From: a virus
Reading direction: 5' to 3' (one strand)
Virus record (IMG/VR): IMGVR_UViG_3300031857_000054
Coordinates: 1 to 64,000 of that record
Length of the DNA stretch: 64,000 nucleotides
Position numbers and translations under genes: made by a program. Each line of letters begins with the position of its first letter. Position 1 is the stretch's first letter. Below, in pieces: positions 18,282 to 26,851 of this stretch. The notes beneath the pieces were generated by a model. The model was not told where the DNA came from. It did no database searches and saw only the letters and a list, made by a program, of their open reading frames with translations.

Positions 18282-19618
18282 TGTTTTCTTGTTGTAAGTG
18301 ATTTAGGTTTTTCGATAGTATCATTTGGTCTATTCCAAGTACTTCCACAATAATCACAATCTACATACAACAATAAACTATTGTCAATTTGCACATCACT
18401 ATAGCAGCATGGACAGATGCTATCAGAAAGACAGTCATCTACATAGCTTTGATCATGTAAGATACCGTATCCATCATCTTCTGCATCTAGATGCATAGGT
18501 TGTTGCTGTAAACCTATTTCTCTATCTCCAAGATTATGTAGGTGTCCATACATGTCAGTAATGTAAGCATCTTGTGATTTGTGCTTTGCATTTAGATATA
18601 ATGTGTTACCAGTAGGTGTAATGCATTTAATGGATTCTGGGTTGTTTTCACCAAATGCTGAATAATCAGTATCTAACCAAGAGTTTCTTCCTCCATAACT
18701 GCCATAAGTACCATAAGTATATCCAGTGTAAGTAGGAATTTCTGCTTTGTGTTCCCATACTTTATCCACACCCATTTTGAGTAACTCATAACCGAAGTTA
18801 ATTGCATTCTCAAAGTGAGGTATAGAGATTACTTCGTCATCACCATGCTCGTTAATGTAACCACAACTTACGTTCATAGCCACACAGTTTACAGTGTCAT
18901 ACTTCTTTAAGCCACCGATGTCTGTACAGCTACCGTTGTTCTTGGCATAACCATACTTGTTCATGATTCCTCCAGCAGCCATAACAAACTCGTCACTACA
19001 AACGGTAATTCCATTTGTGTAAGTGATAAGGTCATTTTTGTAAGAGTTTCTGTCCAACTGAACAAGCATGCTACAATCTGCAAAGAAGTTCTTATCTGCT
19101 TTGTAAGTACCTATTAAGCCAATCTCTTCGTCTTTTGGAAAGAACAACTTGATGTTGTCAAACAAGTCAAACATGTGTACTGCAAAGTATACACCGACTT
19201 TGTCATCTGCACCGATACCACATTGCTCTGCTTTGTTTAGGTCAAAGCCAAATATCCAAGGATACTCAGTAATAACCTTAACATTACTTCTAGTTTGTTG
19301 ATTGATGTCAGTATGACCTACAACACATGGATAGAACTCTGCGTTACCTTTAGTTACATACAAGTTACCATAAGCGTCTTTCTGTGTGACGGCTCCTAGA
19401 TTTGTAAAGTACTCGTCTAGTTTGCCAATCAATACATCTTGTAGAGGTCCACTAGAATATGTTCTCATATCTAGCAACATCTTTAGCTTGGTGTAGTCAG
19501 GTTTAATGGCCAACTCTATTTTGGGAACAGGAGTCAATCCCGCTACTGTTATCATTTCTTTCTTTGGGAGTTCGCTTTTTACTATCTTAAGTCTATTGCG
19601 TTTATTTTTTCTACTCAT
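18275..19618 (-). CDS. M20/M28-family zinc peptidase with C-terminal Zn ribbon
   Basis: GHTD, GADDKVG, DEEIG, QLDR, NEH ligands; CPCC...CDYC at the C-terminus. Confidence 0.8.
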   Translation of the reverse strand: MSRKNKRNRLKIVKSELPKKEMITVAGLTPVPKIELAIKPDYTKLKMLLDMRTYSSGPLQDVLIGKLDEYFTNLGAVTQKDAYGNLYVTKGNAEFYPCVVGHTDINQQTRSNVKVITEYPWIFGFDLNKAEQCGIGADDKVGVYFAVHMFDLFDNIKLFFPKDEEIGLIGTYKADKNFFADCSMLVQLDRNSYKNDLITYTNGITVCSDEFVMAAGGIMNKYGYAKNNGSCTDIGGLKKYDTVNCVAMNVSCGYINEHGDDEVISIPHFENAINFGYELLKMGVDKVWEHKAEIPTYTGYTYGTYGSYGGRNSWLDTDYSAFGENNPESIKCITPTGNTLYLNAKHKSQDAYITDMYGHLHNLGDREIGLQQQPMHLDAEDDGYGILHDQSYVDDCLSDSICPCCYSDVQIDNSLLLYVDCDYCGSTWNRPNDTIEKPKSLTTRKQW

Positions 19619-19624
19619 GTTTTT

Positions 19625-21193
19625 TTAAATTAAGTTTAAGTTTAAGTGGTCATTTAAGTCTGAATGAAGCCATACTTCTCCGTTATGCTCCGCAGTATAT
19701 TGTGAAGGTACAAGAACTCCGTCTTTGGTTTCCACACAATCTTCTACTTTGTAGTATTCGTGGTTGTATTCAACATACTCGTAATTACTATGGTTGAGGA
19801 TAAAGTACTCACCTGATACATACTGCTCTAGGTTTCCATCATCATGATCTGCATATCTTCCATCAATTAAAACTATTGCATCTCTAGGTACAATGTATTC
19901 TCCTGCATAATCTGCAATAGCATAATCTCTTATTACCCAGCTATCTACAGAATCAACATACACAGCATATTCTCTAGTGATATTGGTGTTGTGGAAATCT
20001 GAATACACAGCACAATCACAACAAAGGCTACAGTTGTTATTCTCATCATTAGAATTGTCTACGTAATTACTGTCATCTTCTTGAACCTCACGACTACAAT
20101 GCGCACACTCTATGGTATTTGAAGACACGTCCTCGTATTGACCGCTAGTATCATTTAAGATATAGTATCCAGAACCTCTTAAGTGAGTATCATAATTACT
20201 TATGAACGAATGGTTTTCTTCTAGAAACTTCAAACTGTCCATGTAAGGATAATAATCATGAAGTAGTATTACACGCTTATCAAAGTCAGCATTCATTGTA
20301 TCCTCATCAAACCTAATTTCCTTGTAGTTTGAATAACCTGGATAACAAGTTTCAATACCTTGAGTTAAGAAGAACGCTTTCATCCTGTCTTGGATTAAGT
20401 CAGAAGTGTAGTAGATACGGTCGTAATAGTCTACTCCATCTTTTGTCCAAACCAACGCACGACCTTGTACCTTACCTTCTTTGTTTAGCAGAACAGCAAG
20501 TTTACAGATGCTTGTATTCTTTACATAGATGTCTAAGTACTTATTAGTTCTTTCGTAACGCATACATGAGTTGCCCAAAGTACCTGAAAGAGATGCATAG
20601 TTCTTCTCATGGTACAGTTCTGCAATCCAATGACCACGTACATAGATTACTTCTCCTGTGTCACCTTGTCTAAAACCTTCTGTACGAAATAGACTGTTAA
20701 ACGCATCAAAGTCAGCTTCTGTAAATAAGTCTGATAGATTTGTTACGTGTCTTTCGAAAAGTTCGGGTTTGTTGTTAGTGATAACATAGTGAATCCTTCT
20801 ATCAAACTCAGTAACTGGAGGTGATAGATTTACTGGAATTGAAGCAAACAGCTTTCTGATTACCTTACCTGCACCACTGTGGTAGCGGAAGTCTTTATCG
20901 TTCCAAATCCTATGCGACTCTCCCTTACTGTAGCAGGAGTGTACACGGTCATAGGTTAGGTAAGATACTTTAGTAGGATCATCAATACTTACTCCGAAGT
21001 AGTTCATGCTTGAGTTGGTCTCTGCGATAACTCTTTCGCAAGACTCTTGCACTGCACACAGAATCTCAGCAATAAATGAGGATCTCGTAATAGCTAGAAG
21101 ACGTTGTTTTAAATCATCTGAAAAGTGAAGTCGGTCGTAACTAATAGATCTTTCTACCGTTACATTAGTCGGGTGAATTACAATCTCTGGCAT
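19625..21193 (-). CDS. Large hypothetical protein with Cys-rich C-terminal part
   Basis: 522 aa; NSCMRY...GRALVW...DRIY core; CAHC and CCDC. Confidence 0.75.
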   Translation of the reverse strand: MPEIVIHPTNVTVERSISYDRLHFSDDLKQRLLAITRSSFIAEILCAVQESCERVIAETNSSMNYFGVSIDDPTKVSYLTYDRVHSCYSKGESHRIWNDKDFRYHSGAGKVIRKLFASIPVNLSPPVTEFDRRIHYVITNNKPELFERHVTNLSDLFTEADFDAFNSLFRTEGFRQGDTGEVIYVRGHWIAELYHEKNYASLSGTLGNSCMRYERTNKYLDIYVKNTSICKLAVLLNKEGKVQGRALVWTKDGVDYYDRIYYTSDLIQDRMKAFFLTQGIETCYPGYSNYKEIRFDEDTMNADFDKRVILLHDYYPYMDSLKFLEENHSFISNYDTHLRGSGYYILNDTSGQYEDVSSNTIECAHCSREVQEDDSNYVDNSNDENNNCSLCCDCAVYSDFHNTNITREYAVYVDSVDSWVIRDYAIADYAGEYIVPRDAIVLIDGRYADHDDGNLEQYVSGEYFILNHSNYEYVEYNHEYYKVEDCVETKDGVLVPSQYTAEHNGEVWLHSDLNDHLNLNLI

Positions 21194-21333
21194 AGTTAAT
21201 TTCTTTAAGTTTTGTCAAGTTTTACAATTGGTTTTCTTTTCCTTTTGTTATGGGTTAATTGTGTCGAAATGGGAAAGAAAAAAGAGGACCCTTTTGGAGT
21301 CCTCTTTGTAAGTAATCGTTAATAATTAGTAGG

Positions 21334-21645
21334 CTACAGATTGTGTAGGTAGATGCTTACACCTTCCCAGAACTTCACTACCATCTCAAATCTTTCTAAG
21401 GCCGCACCATTTAAGCCGTCTAGCTTTTCTTTGGGTAGATTCTCCAAGGGATTCTTAAACGGTTTGATGTGCTCTAATGCACAAGCTTTACTTAGGTCTT
21501 TAGCAAGATTAGGAGATAATTGTGTTACTGCATCAGTAATTTGAGGATTGATGATATCAAAAAACATCTTGTAGATTTTCTGACCCTGTGCTTCCACAGC
21601 TTTATTCATCATCTCCTCACTCATTTTCATTTCTTCGTTTTCCAT
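21334..21645 (-). CDS. Hypothetical protein
   Basis: 103 aa ORF. Confidence 0.7.
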   Translation of the reverse strand: MENEEMKMSEEMMNKAVEAQGQKIYKMFFDIINPQITDAVTQLSPNLAKDLSKACALEHIKPFKNPLENLPKEKLDGLNGAALERFEMVVKFWEGVSIYLHNL

Positions 21646-21662
21646 ATGGGATTAGTTAGTTT

Positions 21663-21914
21663 TTATTTGTTGTGTATCTCAAAACTTCCAGTTATGTAAG
21701 TTAGTCTATCAGTAACTACAATTTGCCCATAACCCATATTGTTATTGTGTTTGTTGTAGTGGTCTTTCTGTAGAAACTTGCTCACTAAAGCCTCTTCTAA
21801 GTTTGGGTCTTTAACTAAAGCCCAATCTTGACCATTCTTTTGTAATACACTGATTACTTCTACTTTACCTTGTCCTGCCATGTAATGAATCTTATACATC
21901 TCTGTGTTTACCAT
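21663..21914 (-). CDS. Hypothetical protein
   Basis: 83 aa ORF. Confidence 0.65.
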   Translation of the reverse strand: MVNTEMYKIHYMAGQGKVEVISVLQKNGQDWALVKDPNLEEALVSKFLQKDHYNKHNNNMGYGQIVVTDRLTYITGSFEIHNK

Positions 21915-21919
21915 AACTT

Positions 21920-22099
21920 TTAACTCTTCTTTAAGGTTCTACCATCTTTTCTACGTTGCCAAATCAAGTGAAGTTGCCAACGATACCATTGCTGCAAATT
22001 TATGTTATTTACGTTGCAATAGTCTATGAACTGCGGAGTCATTTTCTCCTGCATTGACTTAATTCTTTGCATACTCTTTATGTCTTTTACTTTGCTCAT
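21920..22099 (-). CDS. Small basic hypothetical protein
   Basis: 59 aa ORF (MSKVKDIKSM...) filling the gap; below the track cutoff. Confidence 0.5.
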   Translation of the reverse strand: MSKVKDIKSMQRIKSMQEKMTPQFIDYCNVNNINLQQWYRWQLHLIWQRRKDGRTLKKS

Positions 22100-22293
22100 C
22101 AGATTTGATTGTCTTCACGTTCTTTCTGTTTCCTTTCGTAGTACTCCAGTGGATGTATAGGACAAGCAAAACAAACAGGCCTTTCCTTACTTAATCGTTT
22201 ACCACACACAGGACAAGCATTTTGATAGTACTTGCGGTCTTCTCTCTCGTAAGTAGTTTCTCTATACTTGTTGGTTGGCTTCTTATAAAACAT
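22099..22293 (-). CDS. Small Zn-ribbon protein
   Basis: CPVC...CPIH. Confidence 0.55.
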   Translation of the reverse strand: MFYKKPTNKYRETTYEREDRKYYQNACPVCGKRLSKERPVCFACPIHPLEYYERKQKEREDNQI

Positions 22294-22348
22294 GATTATT
22301 AATATTGCAAGTTAATAAATAATCGAGTATAATCCAAATAGTTATACA

Positions 22349-22582
22349 CTAATCATCTTCTTCTAAGTCAAACGAGTCATACATATCTCCACTAGAATAC
22401 TTGTTTTCTAAATAAGTAATCATACCTACAGTTAAGTCTGAACTACTTTTAGCTTCTTTAGATTTACAGTACTCTTTATAGTAGTTTTGGATAGCCTCAT
22501 ACTGTTCTTGATATGTTAGTGCCTCGTAATCCTCATCATATTCTTTAAGAAGACAGCTAAATGTATACACCTCTAGATTCAT
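22349..22582 (-). CDS. Acidic hypothetical protein
   Basis: 77 aa ORF. Confidence 0.6.
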   Translation of the reverse strand: MNLEVYTFSCLLKEYDEDYEALTYQEQYEAIQNYYKEYCKSKEAKSSSDLTVGMITYLENKYSSGDMYDSFDLEEDD

Positions 22583-22597
22583 AGCCTCGAATATACA

Positions 22598-23215
22598 TCA
22601 AGGTTTAATCATCTCCAAAGTGTGTCTGAATGGATCTCCTTCGATTGTATCTACCAACCTAAACATTTCCCATGCAATGTCCCGTATTTCAACTTGTGCG
22701 TGCTCTGAGGCTCTAAGTTTGAGAAAGTTTGCAAAGGAACGCATGTTGAACTGTACGTCAGCGGTAATCTGTGAGTTGTAAGTCTTGAAGAATCTAGCAC
22801 TCTCCTTGGCCCTCTTGCGACCTAGAATAGGTGTTAACGCTTCTAGGGACTCGTGATAAAGATAGTTGCTATCCGCAGTAAACTTTTCTAGTTCTTTAAG
22901 CCAATCAGCAGGCCAATCTTCTGGCATGTAGTACTTGTCCTCTTTTAACTCCTTGTATCTGGCTGATTCAGCATTAATAGAAGCGATGCGGTGCTTAAGT
23001 AGGTGGATGTGTGAGGCAATATCACAAGTTACCAAGAAGTGTACGTTAGCTTTCTCAAACGGAGTTTCGTGTCCTTCAGACCATAACATCTTAATGAGTG
23101 CTGGTATACGTGCTTTCTTCTCTACTGTTAATTCTCTGCTGGTTGATGTCCAAGCAGATAAAGCGATTGTGGTATCGTCTCCATACCAACCTATTAATTC
23201 AACTTTATTTTTCAT
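22598..23215 (-). CDS. thyX: Flavin-dependent thymidylate synthase
   Basis: GHETPFE, KHRIASINAESARY, KESAR, NMRSFANFLKLR...HAQVEIR. Confidence 0.93.
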   Translation of the reverse strand: MKNKVELIGWYGDDTTIALSAWTSTSRELTVEKKARIPALIKMLWSEGHETPFEKANVHFLVTCDIASHIHLLKHRIASINAESARYKELKEDKYYMPEDWPADWLKELEKFTADSNYLYHESLEALTPILGRKRAKESARFFKTYNSQITADVQFNMRSFANFLKLRASEHAQVEIRDIAWEMFRLVDTIEGDPFRHTLEMIKP

Positions 23216-23792
23216 TGTAGTAATATTTTTTTGTTATTTTGTCAAATTTTATTATTCCTTTTTGTACTAACTTAAAAGTTAAACTTTCTAATTGATTATG
23301 GATTAATCTATGTTCTTTCTCATTGGAATACAAAAGTAAGTTGTCGATTTCGTTATTTAATTTATTGCCGTCAATGTGATGTACACCTTCTCCTTTACCA
23401 TTTTTTGTTCTAATTATTTTCCGTCCTAAAAAGTTCTCTAAGACAGCAATATGTTCAGGTCGGTAGGAAGTCCAAGTATCTGTGTCTTCACTAACTTTAA
23501 TATAACGATATCCTCTTTTAGTGATATAAGAATATCCTTTGTATTTAGGATTTTTTTCACCTCTTAATGCAAAAAAAGGAATACCTTTATTCCAAGGAGT
23601 TTTATCTTTTCTAAAAGTATTTCCAGCAGCAAAACCATGCTTAAAGTTGCTTCTACTTAACTTAAAGGTTCGGTTTCCTCTATTTAGTATAGAATCCCAA
23701 GACCTGTTAGGTAGAAGCAACATTAATTCATCTTTTTGAGCAGTTTGAAATTTTTCTTGAAGAATTTGATCTTCATCTTTAGTCCATCTCAT
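23205..23792 (-). CDS. Free-standing HNH homing endonuclease
   Basis: PWNKG, GEKNPKYKG, EHIAVLE, VHHIDGNKLNNEIDNL; own TATCTTTG promoter at 23800-23807. Confidence 0.88.
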   Translation of the reverse strand: MRWTKDEDQILQEKFQTAQKDELMLLLPNRSWDSILNRGNRTFKLSRSNFKHGFAAGNTFRKDKTPWNKGIPFFALRGEKNPKYKGYSYITKRGYRYIKVSEDTDTWTSYRPEHIAVLENFLGRKIIRTKNGKGEGVHHIDGNKLNNEIDNLLLYSNEKEHRLIHNQLESLTFKLVQKGIIKFDKITKKYYYNEK

Positions 23793-23848
23793 AATGCTTC
23801 AAAGATAGTGTAATTTTTTGGAATTATTAATCAGTTGAATATTTATAA

Positions 23849-23896
23849 TTATTCATCTGATCCGTAATAGCCCAATAGTTCTACTTTATTTTGCAT
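23849..23896 (-). pseudogene. thyX: Truncated duplicate of the thyX 5' end
   Basis: Encodes MQNKVELLGYYGSDE*, versus MKNKVELIGWYGDDT at the start of intact thyX. Confidence 0.8.
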
Positions 23897-23903
23897 TGTT
23901 TAG

Positions 23904-24095
23904 TTATTTTAGTTTTGCTCTTTTGTACAACTCACGAGCAGCATAGCGAGTAATGTTTAGTTTGATTCCACACTTAGCCCAAGAATAGTTTAGTTCGTCA
24001 CGAAGGATTAGCACAGCATATTGCCTTGGGGTAAAGCCTTGTAAATCTACTCGGATTGCTCTTCCTTCATCTGATTGTAGTTCTCCATCTCCCAT
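23904..24095 (-). CDS. Small sigma-region-4-like HTH protein
   Basis: FTPRQYAVLILRDELNYSWAKCGIKLNITRYAARELYKRA. Confidence 0.55.
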   Translation of the reverse strand: MGDGELQSDEGRAIRVDLQGFTPRQYAVLILRDELNYSWAKCGIKLNITRYAARELYKRAKLK

Positions 24096-24352
24096 TCTTC
24101 TTCCATTCTGTTGTAATCGTCTAGAGCTGCTTCAGCAGAGTCTTCTTTACTTGGTAATTTAAGCCAACTTTCAAAATCTAGTAAAGGCAATTTGTTTCTA
24201 TCACATGTAACACAAAATTCTGCATACGCTTGCAATTGCCGACTTTCAATTTCTTTGGCTTTTAGTAATTTCTTTGTAGTTAGCATTCCTTCGTTGTTGT
24301 AGAATTGCTCAATCAACCAATCAACTGCCGTCTGTTGTTTATTGTTTGTCAT
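24047..24352 (-). CDS. Hypothetical protein, KQTAV-family paralog
   Basis: Starts MTNNKQQTAVDWL. Confidence 0.7.
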   Translation of the reverse strand: MTNNKQQTAVDWLIEQFYNNEGMLTTKKLLKAKEIESRQLQAYAEFCVTCDRNKLPLLDFESWLKLPSKEDSAEAALDDYNRMEEEWEMENYNQMKEEQSE

Positions 24353-24756
24353 TTGTTACCTCCGTAGGTTTCGTTGTAGTATTGTTGTGAAAAATCTTCT
24401 GCACTTTGTCGTTTTTCAAGATATTCTAAACCATAAGGCAAATTATTAAGATGAATAAACATATCCATTTGAGCATTTTTAATTTCATCCTTTCGCATTG
24501 CTTCGGCTTGTTCAAGTGCTTTGTCAATATCAAATCCTCTCAATCTCAAATTGATGTCTTTTTTGATTTGTTCAACCAACCACTCTACGCTACTCTGTTT
24601 ATTGTTGCTCATTGTTTTTTCTTTTTCCATAAGTTCTTTAAGTTCTTTTTTTCTTTGTTCTCTTCGTTGTTCTCGGTTTTCAATACGCCATTTGTTTATT
24701 GCTATTGCATCAGATTGCTCGGCATTTTCAAGGAGTTTTTTTATTTTGTCGTTCAT
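24349..24756 (-). CDS. Hypothetical protein, KQTAV-family paralog
   Basis: Internal MSNNKQSSVEWL; ends YYNETYGGNK. Confidence 0.7.
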   Translation of the reverse strand: MNDKIKKLLENAEQSDAIAINKWRIENREQRREQRKKELKELMEKEKTMSNNKQSSVEWLVEQIKKDINLRLRGFDIDKALEQAEAMRKDEIKNAQMDMFIHLNNLPYGLEYLEKRQSAEDFSQQYYNETYGGNK

Positions 24757-24989
24757 TGCTCACCTCCTTGTATTTTATTACGCATCCAAATAGCACCACC
24801 CAAGTATGCTAAATCATAAGGGTCAAATTCATCTACATCAAATTCTTTTTTTATCTCCTCATCACTTGGTAGTTCGATGGGGATTAACAATTCAACTTCA
24901 TCACTACATTTCCCCTCAATATGAAGTCTACCATTATGTACCCCTTTAAAATATATCTCTTTAACCTGTTCTTCTGTGTATAGTTTCAT
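24753..24989 (-). CDS. Hypothetical protein
   Basis: MKLYTEEQV...ELPSDEEI...IQGGEQ. Confidence 0.7.
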   Translation of the reverse strand: MKLYTEEQVKEIYFKGVHNGRLHIEGKCSDEVELLIPIELPSDEEIKKEFDVDEFDPYDLAYLGGAIWMRNKIQGGEQ

Positions 24990-25342
24990 TTGTTACCTCC
25001 GTATGTTTTTTCGTAGTATTGTTCACCAGTTAATGGTAGTGCACTTTCAGGATAATCAATTCCATGAACTGTTCCTTTGTTGTATGCAGTTTCAATTCTT
25101 TCTTTCTCCGTTTCTAAATACATATCCCAATTTACATTCATTCCTCTTGATTTGCATTCAATGTCCAAGGCTTGAATAATTAGTTGTACTGCCGTTTGTT
25201 CTTTATTATCTGTCATCTCAATAGGTTCTGCCAAAGTTCTTTTTCTATTTTGACATCCGTTTTCATCACAATAATTCATTGTACATTTTTGTTCTGGGGT
25301 TTCACAAAACCCGTGTGGTGTTTGTTGTTTATTGTTTGTCAT
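24986..25342 (-). CDS. Hypothetical protein, KQTAV-family paralog
   Basis: MTNNKQQT...MTDNKEQTAV...YYEKTYGGNK. Confidence 0.7.
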   Translation of the reverse strand: MTNNKQQTPHGFCETPEQKCTMNYCDENGCQNRKRTLAEPIEMTDNKEQTAVQLIIQALDIECKSRGMNVNWDMYLETEKERIETAYNKGTVHGIDYPESALPLTGEQYYEKTYGGNK

Positions 25343-25623
25343 AGTCTGTATTTCTTATCAATTAGTTCTACTACATTCCAAACGAACAGCGTTACGCCAC
25401 ACAGTGTCCACATCCAATGTCTGAAGCCCCAATGTGTAGTAGGCATGTGTTCTAGAGCTTCTCCATAGGAACATCCTTGTATTTCATAATATCCTTTTTT
25501 GACCCCAACAATTTTACCCCCTTGACAAACCCAGTCTCCGAAGAAGTCTGGGAATGTCTCTGGAATGAATGAGAATAGGATTACAATTACAAAGATTGCT
25601 ATTAGTCTTAGTTTAAGTTTCAT
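25339..25623 (-). CDS. Two-TM membrane protein
   Basis: Two hydrophobic segments flanking a loop with a Cys pair. Confidence 0.65.
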   Translation of the reverse strand: MKLKLRLIAIFVIVILFSFIPETFPDFFGDWVCQGGKIVGVKKGYYEIQGCSYGEALEHMPTTHWGFRHWMWTLCGVTLFVWNVVELIDKKYRL

Positions 25624-26081
25624 GGTTTAGACATTACATTAATAGCGTTAGTAGAACCACTCATTGTAAACTTATATATATCAGTAGTGCAGTGGCTTTC
25701 GTTAACTCTTACTATAGCAGAAGAGCATTTCTTAAAGTCAGCTAAGAACTCTTGTTGAACTAGACTAAGAATGTCATCTACTAAAAATACAGTGGTGTTG
25801 TCACTTGACTTTGAAGATAAAAAATGATAGCGTTTAGATTCTCCGTTAACAATTAGGGCTACATCTACTGAAAGTTCTTCGTCACAGAAATAACTACCAG
25901 TTATGTAAAAGGCTAGTTCTGTACCTACCAGTTCAAGTTTAAGAATTGCTTTCTTATCTGTTGATGGACAGTAAGCTATCTTATAAGGCTCATCTAAGTT
26001 GTTGTTGATTGTTTTGGCTACCCATTGTCCGTAACTTAAGTTAGAGACAAGTAAAAAGGCGATAATTAATAAGTTTTTCAT
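25620..26081 (-). CDS. Secreted hypothetical protein
   Basis: Sec signal MKNLLIIAFLLVSNLSYG|Q. Confidence 0.7.
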   Translation of the reverse strand: MKNLLIIAFLLVSNLSYGQWVAKTINNNLDEPYKIAYCPSTDKKAILKLELVGTELAFYITGSYFCDEELSVDVALIVNGESKRYHFLSSKSSDNTTVFLVDDILSLVQQEFLADFKKCSSAIVRVNESHCTTDIYKFTMSGSTNAINVMSKP

Positions 26082-26090
26082 AATTGGTTT

Positions 26091-26426
26091 TTATATTGAG
26101 TTTCTAAATTGATCTACTTTTCTTAAGTCTGACTTAACTTCACTTTGTTTCTGGTGTCTTTCCTTCCACTTGGTTCCTCTTAGTTCTGGGTTATGCTCCT
26201 GCAACTTTCTTCTTGTGCGGGTAATTAAATCAGAGGAAACCAATCTACCTTCTGCCATAGCTTTTATGAAGTCTAGTGCTGAACGTTTAGCTAGATTAGG
26301 GTAATACTTATAGTAGTAGGTAGCTACCAAAAACATGTCATCATCTTTAGTTTTTGGATACTTTGTAAGAAGTGTAGTTACATTGGCTGTAACATCGTGG
26401 TCGAAAAATTCTAATTCCTCGTTCAT
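26091..26426 (-). CDS. Hypothetical protein
   Basis: ITRTRRKLQE motif seen in small phage proteins. Confidence 0.7.
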   Translation of the reverse strand: MNEELEFFDHDVTANVTTLLTKYPKTKDDDMFLVATYYYKYYPNLAKRSALDFIKAMAEGRLVSSDLITRTRRKLQEHNPELRGTKWKERHQKQSEVKSDLRKVDQFRNSI

Positions 26427-26851
26427 AGTTTTGAATCTGGTGGGTTAAAGGTTTCTTTTACTTGCTTAGAAATAGGAATAGGCTCTCCTTCTTCATCTAC
26501 TCTTACAAAAGTCATACAGGTCTGCAAAAGAATAACTTCGTCTTCTCTAAATACATTGTATGCTCTTGCTTCTACTCGAAAAGTAGCTGAAGTGTTACCT
26601 ATTTTAATCATTTGGGCGTAAATCTTAACCAGGTGTTTCTCTTTGGCTGGTTTCTTGAATACGCACTGATCTAGTGAAATTGTAATCATGTTTTGAGTAT
26701 GGCATTTCTCCATTGCATAGGCGGCTAATGCTGCGTCTACCCATGCAAGGAGTTTACCACCAAAAAGATTACCGTGGAAGCCTAAATCAGACTTCTTTAC
26801 TGGGTGTGTTACTAATAAATCCATTAGAATATGTATCTTATTGTGTTCCAA
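26423..26851 (-). CDS. Acyl-CoA thioesterase (hotdog fold, YciA-like)
   Basis: DLGFHGNLFGGKLLAWVD...IGNTS...TFVRVDEEGEPIPI. Confidence 0.85.
   Translation of the reverse strand: MEHNKIHILMDLLVTHPVKKSDLGFHGNLFGGKLLAWVDAALAAYAMEKCHTQNMITISLDQCVFKKPAKEKHLVKIYAQMIKIGNTSATFRVEARAYNVFREDEVILLQTCMTFVRVDEEGEPIPISKQVKETFNPPDSKL

Noticed and set aside
23205-23896. Group I intron in thyX
   Set aside because: Only about 55 nt of AT-rich non-coding DNA flank the HNH gene, too little for a ribozyme core, and downstream thyX has its own complete start.
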